Shown here piece by piece: positions 1 through 8,277 of a DNA stretch of 64,000 bases (position 1 is the first letter of the stretch; each line of letters opens with the position of its first letter). Location: contig CAVECL010000002.1 of assembly GCA_963614595.1 (NCBI GenBank), positions 5,689 to 69,688 on the forward strand, written 5' to 3'. The notes under the pieces were generated by a model. That model searched no databases. It was not told the origin of the DNA and saw nothing but the letters and a program-made list of their open reading frames with translations. The DNA comes from Parasutterella excrementihominis. GTDB lineage: Bacteria; Bacillota_I; Bacilli_A; RFN20; CAG-826. The position numbers and the translations under genes were made by a program.

Positions 1-606
1 GTCGATAAAGACGTCTTGGAAGAGCAAACCGTCTATACCCTGGAAAATAACGGGAACTTCCTCTATCTGATTTTAGGCAAAGAGGAGAAGCACGACCTTG
101 GCGAGGAAATCAGCGTCGACATCGATTTGAAGCTCTGCGACTTCCATAATGACGCCCATGACTACAAAGCCGTTGATTTGACTAACGTCCTAACCGCTCT
201 TGTCATCAAGAACCCCGTGATGGCGGAACACCATGATGAGAAAGGCAAAGCTTTCAGAAGAAAAGAGTACTACTGCACGCTCAAAATCCATGAGCACATC
301 ATCCCCACGGACAAGGACTTGGGACTCAACCTCTTGTCTTTGAAGGAAAAGAAGATCTTCAAAGACAACGTCGAGGTGCATTTTGGCCCATATGATGTTT
401 CATTCACCGATGATGCGAACGGGATTGAGTGCGAGGTGAAAGAGATCCTTGACCTTGGAAACGAAAAGATCGCCGTCTTAGATGCTTTTGGCAGCCGCGT
501 CGTCGCGAAGGCGGATGATTCGCTGAAGCTAGGACCCGCTAGATTCACCATCAATCTCGATGGCGCTTCCTTCTACGACACGCAAAAGAACATTCGTCTT
601 GCCTAA
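1..606 (+). CDS. 3' part of a gene open at the window start; C-terminal TOBE-like regulatory region of a MalK/MsmX-type ABC ATPase (tentative)
   Basis: The frame is open from nt 1 (VDKDVLEEQ...), so the listed TTG at 16 is not the true start. The tail ...GSRVVAKADDSLKLGPARFTINLDGASFYD resembles the TOBE end of sugar-importer ATPases. No catalytic motifs lie inside the window. Confidence 0.35.
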   Translation, partial: VDKDVLEEQTVYTLENNGNFLYLILGKEEKHDLGEEISVDIDLKLCDFHNDAHDYKAVDLTNVLTALVIKNPVMAEHHDEKGKAFRRKEYYCTLKIHEHIIPTDKDLGLNLLSLKEKKIFKDNVEVHFGPYDVSFTDDANGIECEVKEILDLGNEKIAVLDAFGSRVVAKADDSLKLGPARFTINLDGASFYDTQKNIRLA

Positions 607-618
607 TTTCCTTTTTCC

Positions 619-646
619 AAAAAGCCACGCCACAACGTGGCTTTTT
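619..646 (+). terminator. Rho-independent terminator
   Basis: Perfect hairpin AAAAAGCCACG-CCACAA-CGTGGCTTTTT, starting 13 nt after the stop at 606. Confidence 0.75.
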
Positions 647-667
647 AAAAAGTTAATTTCTAATAAA

Positions 668-723
668 CGGAAATGAAACGGAAATGAAATGGAAACAAAA
701 CGGAAATTTCCGTTTCCATTTCC
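668..723. repeat. Array of four 11-bp direct repeats (CGGAAATGAAA x2, TGGAAACAAAA, CGGAAATTTCC) followed by three inverted TTTCC units
   Basis: GGAAA starts at 669, 680, 691 and 702, an exact 11-bp phasing. TTTCC starts at 707, 713 and 719. Positions 691-706 can pair with 707-723. Confidence 0.85.
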
Positions 724-759
724 TTTTTACCTTAAACTAACTTCAGAAAGAAGGTTTTC

Positions 760-1038
760 ATGGCCAAAGAGCTGATTTCCGCTAAAAAGATTGCCGAAAG
801 ATGGGGCGTGACGGGTCGTCGCATCAATCAGTTATGCAATGCAAAAGAAATCAAGGGCGCCATCAAAGTAGGTGGGCGTTGGAAAATCCCCTTTGACGTA
901 GAAAAGCCTTCTATTCTTCGCTCTTCTAGGCCAAAAATTGTGCTAATCACGGGAAATTGCTCCCCTGCCAGATTGGCATCTCTTCCTATAAAGAGGTTTC
1001 CTTCGAATGCTATTACGTTGACAAAACGTTGCTCATAA
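760..1038 (+). CDS. Small helix-turn-helix DNA-binding protein (excisionase/MerR-like HTH); the C-terminal tail is probably not native
   Basis: The N-terminal 50 aa, MAKELISAKKIAERWGVTGRRINQLCNAKEIKGAIKVGGRWKIP, match the short HTH_17/excisionase pattern. After about aa 55 the frame runs into the decayed ATPase gene. Confidence 0.45.
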   Translation: MAKELISAKKIAERWGVTGRRINQLCNAKEIKGAIKVGGRWKIPFDVEKPSILRSSRPKIVLITGNCSPARLASLPIKRFPSNAITLTKRCS

Positions 1039-1210
1039 AAGATTTGATTGACGATCATAGCAAAGTAACGCTTTTGACGCGTCCTCGCAGATTCGCGACA
1101 AACAATACGTCGCCGAGCTCAAAGCGCTTGGGCTGTCTGAAATCGATCTTTACGGCATCGCCTTCTCCAAAAAGAAAGCCAAAGTCGTCACCGAACGTCT
1201 AATGGGCTAG
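930..1210 (+). pseudogene. Remnant of a PF09820-type predicted AAA-ATPase / PD-(D/E)XK (DUF1703) gene with a large internal deletion and frameshift
   Basis: Frame 3 reads GKLLPCQIGISSYKEVSFECYYVDKTLLIKDLIDDHSKVTLLTRPRRF, the typical N-terminus up to the start of the Walker A (RPRRFGKT). It then breaks. Frame 2 continues QYVAELKALGLSEIDLYGIAFSKKKAKVVTERLMG*, a typical C-terminus. Only about 90 codons remain of a family that is normally about 500+ aa, and there is no ATG. Confidence 0.7.
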
Positions 1211-1249
1211 AAATAAATCCGCAAAACGCGGATGGCCCCGACCAAACAA

Positions 1250-1283
1250 TTTTTCGTTTCCCTTCTTTACTTTTTTCGTTTCC
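1250..1283. repeat. Two TTTTTCGTTTCC direct repeats spaced 22 bp apart
   Basis: TTCGTTTCC occurs at 1253-1261 and 1275-1283. CGTTTCC is the complement of the GGAAACG-type unit of the 668-723 array, and CGTTTCC also occurs at 711-717. Confidence 0.7.
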
Positions 1284-1323
1284 TTTATTTAATAACGCCA
1301 TCCAAATATTGAGGAACCATTCT

Positions 1324-3204
1324 ATGAAAATCCTTCCTAAGACCATCCTTGCCCTTTCTCTTTTTACCCTAAGCGCCTGCGCAGGCAACAAGACGCCCGA
1401 TTCTTCTGGTTCATCTGGTGGCGGAGGCGGCGCCTCTTCTGCTTCTGAAGCGGTAACTCCAGGCGAGAACGTGAATGATGCCTTCGTCGAAGAGGAACGA
1501 ATTGACATCACCGCGGATTTCGATTCCCAGAGCGAAGAGGATTTTTCCTCCCTCACCAACATCATCGATGTTTCGACCATCGAAGACGGAGGGACGAAGA
1601 CGATCTCCGAAGGAGGGACTTATCTAATCACAGGGACCAACGCGAACGCGAAGATCCTTGTTAATTCCGAAGGCGAAGTGAAACTCGTTTTCAATGGGGT
1701 GAGCCTCACTAATTCATCGGATGCCCCCTTGGAAGTGAAAGCCGCTTCTTCTTTTACCCTCCATGTCGCGTCTAAGACCAAGAACCATCTTTCGGATGGG
1801 GCTTCTTCCGCCGGAGATGGTGCTTTAGTCTGCAACAAAAAGGTTGCGCTTAATATCGAAGGCTCCGGCTATTTGTATCTGACATCCAGCAAAAATGTCG
1901 ATGAAGCAGTCGGCGCGGCCATCAAGAGTCCAAAAGGCGTGTCCATTCAAGACGCTCACATCATCGCCAGCGCGACCGGCCACGCCATCCAAGCCAAAGG
2001 AGGCGCCTCCATCGAAGGGGCCAAACTCTATTTGGACGCGGGGAAAGACGGCATCCATGCCGAAGAGGGCGAAGTTGTCTTGAAAGACTCGGTGATTGAC
2101 GCATCGACTTATGGCGATGGCATCGATTCCACTTTGGCGGTGACCCTTGATAACGTCACCTCCCACCTCGTTTCAACCGGCGTCTATGTGCTTTACGACG
2201 CTTCCGAGGATACCGACGGAACTCTTTACGAAGACTCCCGCTATATTTTGGAGAATGGGCAATACAAGAAGATCGACTCGGATTCCATGAGCCGTTATTC
2301 GAGCCGTTATTACCTGAACCAGAAGTGCAAAGGGGTGAAATCGGAAGCCTCCCTCACCTTCAAAGGCGGCGACCATTACATCAAAACCGCGGACGACTGC
2401 ATCGCTTCCGATACGGGGATCAGCATCCTATCGGGCGACTATTCCCTTTATACGAACGATCAGGGCCTCAACAGCGATCAGGCTTTGACGATCGGCGAGT
2501 CCGGAAGCTCCTCTGCCTTGGATATCCGCATCTATCACTGCTACGAAGGCATCCAAGGCGGGGTAATCCATTTCTATTCCGGCTACACCTATATCTACGC
2601 GGAGGATGATGGCATCAACGCGACCAGCGATACCTTGACCAGCGGCATCAGCATGAATTTCCATGATGGGGCGACGGTGTATGCGAATGCGGAAGGCGAT
2701 GGCGTCGATTCCAACGGCGACATCACGATGGATGGGGGGAACCTCATCGTCGCCGGGCCTAGCAGCGGAGGCAATGGCTCGCTTGATTTCGATGGATCGT
2801 TTGCCTTCACGGGCGGCAATCTTTTGGCGGTCGGCTCCAATTCCATGGCCCAGGTTCCGAACACGAGCAGCGTGAACGCCCTCTCTTACAGCACCTCCTC
2901 CTGGAGCGCAGGCTCCACCTATTCGCTTTATTGCGGGGACGAGGAATTCTCGATCGTCCTCCCTAAGAATCTCTCCAGCGTCAGCTTCATCGTGCAGTCT
3001 CCTTCTTTGACCACCGGGTCCTCTGTTGAGATCGTCAAAGGGGCGACGGTCGGGAAAGCGATGCGCAACGGCGTCTATTTCGGCGGCAAGGCCTCTACAG
3101 GCGGATCGTCGTTAATCACAGGCGCCCTTCAATCCGGCCTGACGACGATCGGAAATTCCTCCAACCATCCAGGCGGAGGCCCTGGCGGCCCCGGCGGTCG
3201 TTGA
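1324..3204 (+). CDS. Lipoprotein with a Cthe_2159-like carbohydrate-binding beta-helix domain (PF14262 family)
   Basis: ATG at 1324 follows GAGGAA. Signal peptide plus lipobox: LFTLSAC. An S/G-rich tether follows. Repetitive beta-helix-like segments (ITGTNANAKILVNSEGEVKLVFNGVSLTNSSDAPLEVK..., GDGIDS/GDGVDSNGDI) are typical of this family. The tail is Gly/Pro-rich (HPGGGPGGPGGR). Confidence 0.7.
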   Translation: MKILPKTILALSLFTLSACAGNKTPDSSGSSGGGGGASSASEAVTPGENVNDAFVEEERIDITADFDSQSEEDFSSLTNIIDVSTIEDGGTKTISEGGTYLITGTNANAKILVNSEGEVKLVFNGVSLTNSSDAPLEVKAASSFTLHVASKTKNHLSDGASSAGDGALVCNKKVALNIEGSGYLYLTSSKNVDEAVGAAIKSPKGVSIQDAHIIASATGHAIQAKGGASIEGAKLYLDAGKDGIHAEEGEVVLKDSVIDASTYGDGIDSTLAVTLDNVTSHLVSTGVYVLYDASEDTDGTLYEDSRYILENGQYKKIDSDSMSRYSSRYYLNQKCKGVKSEASLTFKGGDHYIKTADDCIASDTGISILSGDYSLYTNDQGLNSDQALTIGESGSSSALDIRIYHCYEGIQGGVIHFYSGYTYIYAEDDGINATSDTLTSGISMNFHDGATVYANAEGDGVDSNGDITMDGGNLIVAGPSSGGNGSLDFDGSFAFTGGNLLAVGSNSMAQVPNTSSVNALSYSTSSWSAGSTYSLYCGDEEFSIVLPKNLSSVSFIVQSPSLTTGSSVEIVKGATVGKAMRNGVYFGGKASTGGSSLITGALQSGLTTIGNSSNHPGGGPGGPGGR

Positions 3205-3284
3205 ACCCTGCGCCTTCCTTGCCTGTTTTTGCGATAAATCGCCAAAAGAAGCGGGTTTTCCTTATGCTGTGATAGACTTCTTTC

Positions 3285-5237
3285 ATGGACAAAAAAGAAC
3301 GTTTCTTCGGTTTGCACTTCGATTACCATGCGAACAAATTCACCAAAGGCATCGGGAGGGATTTCGACCCCGCCATCCTTAGGAAAATCATCGAGGAGGT
3401 GAAGCCGGATTTCATTCAATGCGACACCAAAGGCCATCCGGGATACACCTCCTATAAAACCAAGATCGGCTATCCGGCGCCAGGGCTAGAGAAAGACCTT
3501 CTTAAAATGTGGAGGGAAGTGACCTCTGAATACGGGGTTCCCCTTTATTCCCATTACTCAGGCATCTGGGATATGAAAGCCACTTCCGCTCACCCCGAAT
3601 GGGCCTCGGTGAATGCGAAGGGCGAGCGCTGGGACCGCATCTCCATCTTCGGCGAATACCCCGACAAGATTCTTATCCCCGAGCTCAAAGAGCTGATCGG
3701 CGATTACGCCATCGATGGGGCCTGGGTCGATGGGGAATGCTGGGCTTTGACGGTCGATTATTCTCCTATGGCCAAAGAAGCCTATAGGAAAGAAACCGGC
3801 AAAGAGGTTCCTCTTCCTGAAGAAGAGGGGTTCGCCGATTATCTCAAATTCACCCGCAAAAGCTTCTTCGACTACGTTCATCATTACGTCGACGAGGTTC
3901 ACAAGGCTAAGCCGGATTTCATGATCACCAGCAACTGGATGAACACCGCTTGGGTGCCGGATAATGTCGCTTTCACGGATTATATTTCGGGCGATCTGTC
4001 TCCTACAAACAGCGTGGACAGCGCGCGTTTCGACGGCCGCCTCATGGCCATGAGCGGGCGCAACTGGGACATCATGAGCTGGGGGATCAATTTCCCCGTC
4101 CACCACACGAAGGGCGTTGTTCAGCTAGAGCAAGAAGCCGCCTGCGTTCTTGCTTTGGGCGGCGGCTTTCAGATCTACAACATGCAGGATCCCACGAACG
4201 TCTGCATGAACCCTGCAGCCATCCCCAATTGGGCGGAGGTCTCTAAGTTCTGCCACGATAGAAAAGAATATTGCTTCGGCGGCGAATTTGTCCCCGATAT
4301 GGGCATTCTCTATTCGGTGGATTCTTATTACGATTGCATTTCCGCTCCTTTCTGGAGGGACTGCGCTTACCATAACGAGCTTTATGGAACGATGCTTGGG
4401 ATCCTTGACCAAGGGACGTCTTTGAACGTCGTTTCCGAGCAAGGCCTGACACTAGAAAAGCTTAAGGATTACCCTCGCTTTGCCGTAAGCGACGCGACTG
4501 CCCTTTCTAAGGAAGTCGTGGAGATGCTTCTAGAATACGCCTCTATTGGCGGCGAGCTTATCTTGATCGGCGCCCATACGGCTAAAACATTCGCCGACGC
4601 GCTTGGGCTTGAGAGCGAAGTCAAAGAAGGGAAGCACCCCATTTGCTTCTATGCCTCCGGCAAGGGCGACCTCGAAGTCCGCGATGCCTATGCCTTATTA
4701 AAAGGAAAGGGATTGGAGACTAAACTTTCCATGTATCCTGCGATCATCGAAGGGGACGTCGACTGCACGAATCCCCCTCCAACCGTCTTGAAAGGGATGG
4801 ATGCCTATCCTGGCTTGGCTTCTTATGCTTATCAGAAAGGCAAGATCTTGTTTATTCCGATCAATCTTGGACTAGCCTACTTAAAAGAGAGGACCATCGA
4901 AGCGGAGAATGTCTTCTCCTTCCTTTGCGCTTCCTCTAGGCGCCTCATCTCCCATAATCAAGCGGGCGACATGGAGGTCGTCCTCCGCAAGAAGGATGGA
5001 CATACCTATCTCCACCTCATCAACTTGCTAGGCAATCACCGCGTCCCACGCTTCTCTAGCTTCGACAAGATCCCATCTTTAAGAGAGGTCGAGGTTTCGG
5101 TCAAATTCGATAAGGAACCGGCGCATGCCTATCTTGAGCCCAATCACCAAGAGATCCCCTTCTCTTACAAGAACGGCGAAGTGGTTCTTAACTTTGAGAA
5201 GCTTCCTGTCTACGAGATCGTCTCCTTTGAATTTTAA
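3285..5237 (+). CDS. Putative glycoside hydrolase, GHL6-like TIM-barrel (hypothetical glycosyl hydrolase 6 family) with a C-terminal extension
   Basis: The N-terminus FFGLHFDYHA...DFDPAILRKIIEEVKPDFIQCDTKGHPGYTSYKTKIGYPAPGLEKDLLKMWREVTSEYGVPLYSHYSG follows the GHL6 pattern. There is no signal peptide. Confidence 0.55.
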   Translation: MDKKERFFGLHFDYHANKFTKGIGRDFDPAILRKIIEEVKPDFIQCDTKGHPGYTSYKTKIGYPAPGLEKDLLKMWREVTSEYGVPLYSHYSGIWDMKATSAHPEWASVNAKGERWDRISIFGEYPDKILIPELKELIGDYAIDGAWVDGECWALTVDYSPMAKEAYRKETGKEVPLPEEEGFADYLKFTRKSFFDYVHHYVDEVHKAKPDFMITSNWMNTAWVPDNVAFTDYISGDLSPTNSVDSARFDGRLMAMSGRNWDIMSWGINFPVHHTKGVVQLEQEAACVLALGGGFQIYNMQDPTNVCMNPAAIPNWAEVSKFCHDRKEYCFGGEFVPDMGILYSVDSYYDCISAPFWRDCAYHNELYGTMLGILDQGTSLNVVSEQGLTLEKLKDYPRFAVSDATALSKEVVEMLLEYASIGGELILIGAHTAKTFADALGLESEVKEGKHPICFYASGKGDLEVRDAYALLKGKGLETKLSMYPAIIEGDVDCTNPPPTVLKGMDAYPGLASYAYQKGKILFIPINLGLAYLKERTIEAENVFSFLCASSRRLISHNQAGDMEVVLRKKDGHTYLHLINLLGNHRVPRFSSFDKIPSLREVEVSVKFDKEPAHAYLEPNHQEIPFSYKNGEVVLNFEKLPVYEIVSFEF

Positions 5238-5272
5238 TTGAACTTAACTTTTTGTTGTGCTTTCATATCCCT

Positions 5273-5974
5273 ATGAAAGACAAAGAGCTAGACATTGATT
5301 TCAACTGCCACGTTCTGTACTCAAAACCCTGCAAAAAGGCCATCTTGGGCAAGATTGCCTTGCATTACCCTGAAAGTCAAAGGGAGGAGATCTGGAACAA
5401 GGTTCAAGAGCAATACGTGGCCTTTTTGCGGACTTTCCGAAAAGATCTCGGCGGCAAGAAGAACATGCATAACGGTCTGGCGGGGACCTATGATTGCATC
5501 GCTCTTTCTTCTTACTACCTAGTTTGCAAGAGATTCTCCAGCGTCGAGGAAATCGAGGAGATGGAATCCTCTTTGTTTTTGCCTTCGTTCAAAAAGCTCT
5601 CTTTTGTCGATGCGAACAAACCCCTATTTAGGAAGCTTTTGCATCGGGCTTTCCTCTCCACGAAGAAGCGTTGCGACAAATGGGGCGATTACGATATGGA
5701 GGTGGATCCTTATGAGAAAGGGAAGCCCATCCATTATGTGTTTCATTCCTGCCCCGTGGCCGAGTTTGCGAAAGAGCATGGCCTGTTGGAGCTGATGCCT
5801 GCCTTCTGCAACCCGGATTATCCGGGATTAGCCTATATGCGCGCGAAGCTGATCCGCAAGAGCACCTGCTCGAACGGGGATATCTGCGATTACCTCATCG
5901 TGGGCGATAAAGACCCTCTTGCCAAAGAGCATCCCGAATATCGAAACGAGGAAGGGTATCTCACCAATCGTTGA
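5273..5974 (+). CDS. L-2-amino-thiazoline-4-carboxylic acid hydrolase family protein (ATC_hydrolase-like)
   Basis: The C-terminal block FHSCPVAEFAKEHGLLELMPAFCNPDYPGLAYMRAKLIRKSTCSNGDICDY is characteristic. I chose the ATG at 5273 (MKDKELD) over the upstream TTG. Confidence 0.6.
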   Translation: MKDKELDIDFNCHVLYSKPCKKAILGKIALHYPESQREEIWNKVQEQYVAFLRTFRKDLGGKKNMHNGLAGTYDCIALSSYYLVCKRFSSVEEIEEMESSLFLPSFKKLSFVDANKPLFRKLLHRAFLSTKKRCDKWGDYDMEVDPYEKGKPIHYVFHSCPVAEFAKEHGLLELMPAFCNPDYPGLAYMRAKLIRKSTCSNGDICDYLIVGDKDPLAKEHPEYRNEEGYLTNR

Positions 5975-6108
5975 GCGTTTTGGGCTTAGATTGCGTTCAA
6001 AATAGGCCTTTAAAATGCGCTCCTTCTCTGTAAACGCTTTCATTTTCATTTCCGTGATTGATAAATTCTAGTTTCGTACCAAAATTCCGCGCATAGGAGG
6101 GGACTTCC

Positions 6109-8271
6109 ATGAAAAAGAATCCCATTATATTGCTCGCGCTTAGCGCGGTTTGCGCAGGTTGCACGGCCATTGGCCCAACCTCTTCTTCCTCTTCGGACTC
6201 ATCGAAAGATGATTCCTCTAGCGTCGTTAATTCCAGCGACGACTCCACCATAGAAAGCAGTTCGGATGATTCGTCTGAAACTCCAGCTGTCACGATCGAC
6301 GATATCATTGCCGCGGCCGAAAAAGCCGACATCACCAAAATCGCCGGCGGCAAATTGACCACCACCGCCGAAAGCATGTGGAACGATGAAGGAGCCGACG
6401 TTACCGTCTCCGATTATGATTACGGCACCGGCGTCTTCCATATGACTGGATCTGACTGGTCTGGGGATTATGACCTTTATTTGATCTATGACACGGATGA
6501 CTCCATCGTCGCGATCAAAAGAGATTCCGAGAACGAGCTGAGCAGAGACACCGGTTCTTATGAGACTGCCTCTTTGCCGTTTACGAATTATCTCGGCTAC
6601 GGCTCAAGCGCTTATGGAGCTGAAGGCTTCGTCCAGGATCTCGCCGCCACCGCGAAAACTAACCCCAACAACGATCTCAAGGTCAGCTATAGCGACGATG
6701 CTTATAACTTTTCCTTTGGCTTTCTGCTTAGCTCTTGGTACTACTACACCGTTAATGTCAGCTTCGTGGTCAGTGATGGCGCGTTGACCAACGCCAATGT
6801 GGAAATCAACGAATACGGAAGCGACGCTTTTGTCACGGATGATGAAAACGGAACCACCTCTTTGGTCGAAGGCGCTTCTTTTGAAGACAGAAAGCTTTAC
6901 GTGATTGAACAGACGGTCGGGGATAGGACCTTCATCAGCCCTTACAATCTCGATGATTTCGCTGCGACCAGCTACTCCTTAACTGACGCAGAAGGCGCTT
7001 CCATCGGCGATACCTTGACCTTGGAAGCGGGCGACTATATGAAGATCAGCATCACCTCCGTCACCCCCGATAGCGCGAATTTCGACTTCGACACGCCAAA
7101 GACAACCGTAACCGGCGGGACTGGTCTTGACGTCTCTTACGCCAATTATGATGGGCCAACGCTTTATTTTGATGCTTCTTCAGTTGGAACTTACTCGGTT
7201 GAAATCAAGACCAAGAAGATCACCAAAACCTTAAGCGTCGTCGTCAATGCTCCTAAGCCAAATGCTGTAAGCGTCTCCTGCTACACCGTTTCTCCCTCCG
7301 GATATCAGTGGAGCGAAATCGCGAACAACAGCATGAGCGGGTATGCCGGCGTCACCTATTATCTCTCTCCCTCCGTCTCGCCTTATAACGCCAACCAAGA
7401 TGTGACGGCTTCCGTCGATGCTTCCGCTGAGGATTTCACCATCCAAGAGACCGGCATTTATATGTATGAGGGTTCCACCACTCCGGTCACCACTTATGCC
7501 TTCTCTGCAAGCAAGGCCGGCACTTATCCGGTCATCTTCGAAAGCGCGGTCGATTCCTCCATTAGATATGCCGTCACCATCACAATCGCCGACGCTCCGA
7601 GCTTCAAAGATGTCCTCGACATTGATAGCGGCTTCGCTTATCGCGATGGCGGAGCGGTGAAATGCACCTTTGATTTCAACGCCACCAATGAGGATGGATC
7701 AGAGGGAAGCGTGGTGATTAGCGACGTCCAAAGCGATAAGTCCGAGACCGCGAATTACGTCATTACGAAAAACGCGACCACGGGGATGGGTGATTTCACT
7801 CTTACCCACGTTAGCGGAGACGATCTCATCTCGTCTTTGACCATCGCCATCGCCCCTGACTTCACTCCTTATGTCTCGGTTACGTCAGATGACTACACAT
7901 CAACCTACGCTCTCAGCGTCGCTGATTCCAAGTTCTTCCTTGTGCAGAATTGGAAAGGCGTCGATGGCGAAATGACCTTCACCGCAAGATTCTGGGACAA
8001 CGGCAATGTTGATCTAAGAATGACGGACAGCGATTTTTACGCGAACTATTTCTACTCCGCTCATTATTCCGTTGCCGGCACTCCTTCCGAGAATGGCTAT
8101 GCGGTCACGATATCGACCGGCGATGAAAGCCAATCCGATTCGCCTTTCTTCGAGCTGCCCGCAACGTTCTACCTCAGCTCAGATTTCAAGACTTTGAGCG
8201 CCGCGTTCACCTGCGGCGGAACGGATTATTCTTTCTCACTCGCCTTCGCCACCGCCGGAAGAGGCGACTGA
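6109..8271 (+). CDS. Large surface lipoprotein, function unknown
   Basis: AGGAGG ribosome-binding site. Signal peptide plus lipobox: LSAVCAGC. A 45-aa Ser/Asp-rich tether follows. The body is rich in beta-strand sequence (T/S/V/Y). Confidence 0.75.
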   Translation: MKKNPIILLALSAVCAGCTAIGPTSSSSSDSSKDDSSSVVNSSDDSTIESSSDDSSETPAVTIDDIIAAAEKADITKIAGGKLTTTAESMWNDEGADVTVSDYDYGTGVFHMTGSDWSGDYDLYLIYDTDDSIVAIKRDSENELSRDTGSYETASLPFTNYLGYGSSAYGAEGFVQDLAATAKTNPNNDLKVSYSDDAYNFSFGFLLSSWYYYTVNVSFVVSDGALTNANVEINEYGSDAFVTDDENGTTSLVEGASFEDRKLYVIEQTVGDRTFISPYNLDDFAATSYSLTDAEGASIGDTLTLEAGDYMKISITSVTPDSANFDFDTPKTTVTGGTGLDVSYANYDGPTLYFDASSVGTYSVEIKTKKITKTLSVVVNAPKPNAVSVSCYTVSPSGYQWSEIANNSMSGYAGVTYYLSPSVSPYNANQDVTASVDASAEDFTIQETGIYMYEGSTTPVTTYAFSASKAGTYPVIFESAVDSSIRYAVTITIADAPSFKDVLDIDSGFAYRDGGAVKCTFDFNATNEDGSEGSVVISDVQSDKSETANYVITKNATTGMGDFTLTHVSGDDLISSLTIAIAPDFTPYVSVTSDDYTSTYALSVADSKFFLVQNWKGVDGEMTFTARFWDNGNVDLRMTDSDFYANYFYSAHYSVAGTPSENGYAVTISTGDESQSDSPFFELPATFYLSSDFKTLSAAFTCGGTDYSFSLAFATAGRGD

Positions 8272-8277
8272 TCGAGC

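Noticed and set aside
668-723. The possibility that the repeat array is a CRISPR fragment or simply a second terminator.
   Set aside because: The units are 11 bp with no spacers, so it is not a CRISPR. A strong terminator already sits at 619-646, and the array's hairpin is bulged. I describe it as a repeat or operator candidate instead.
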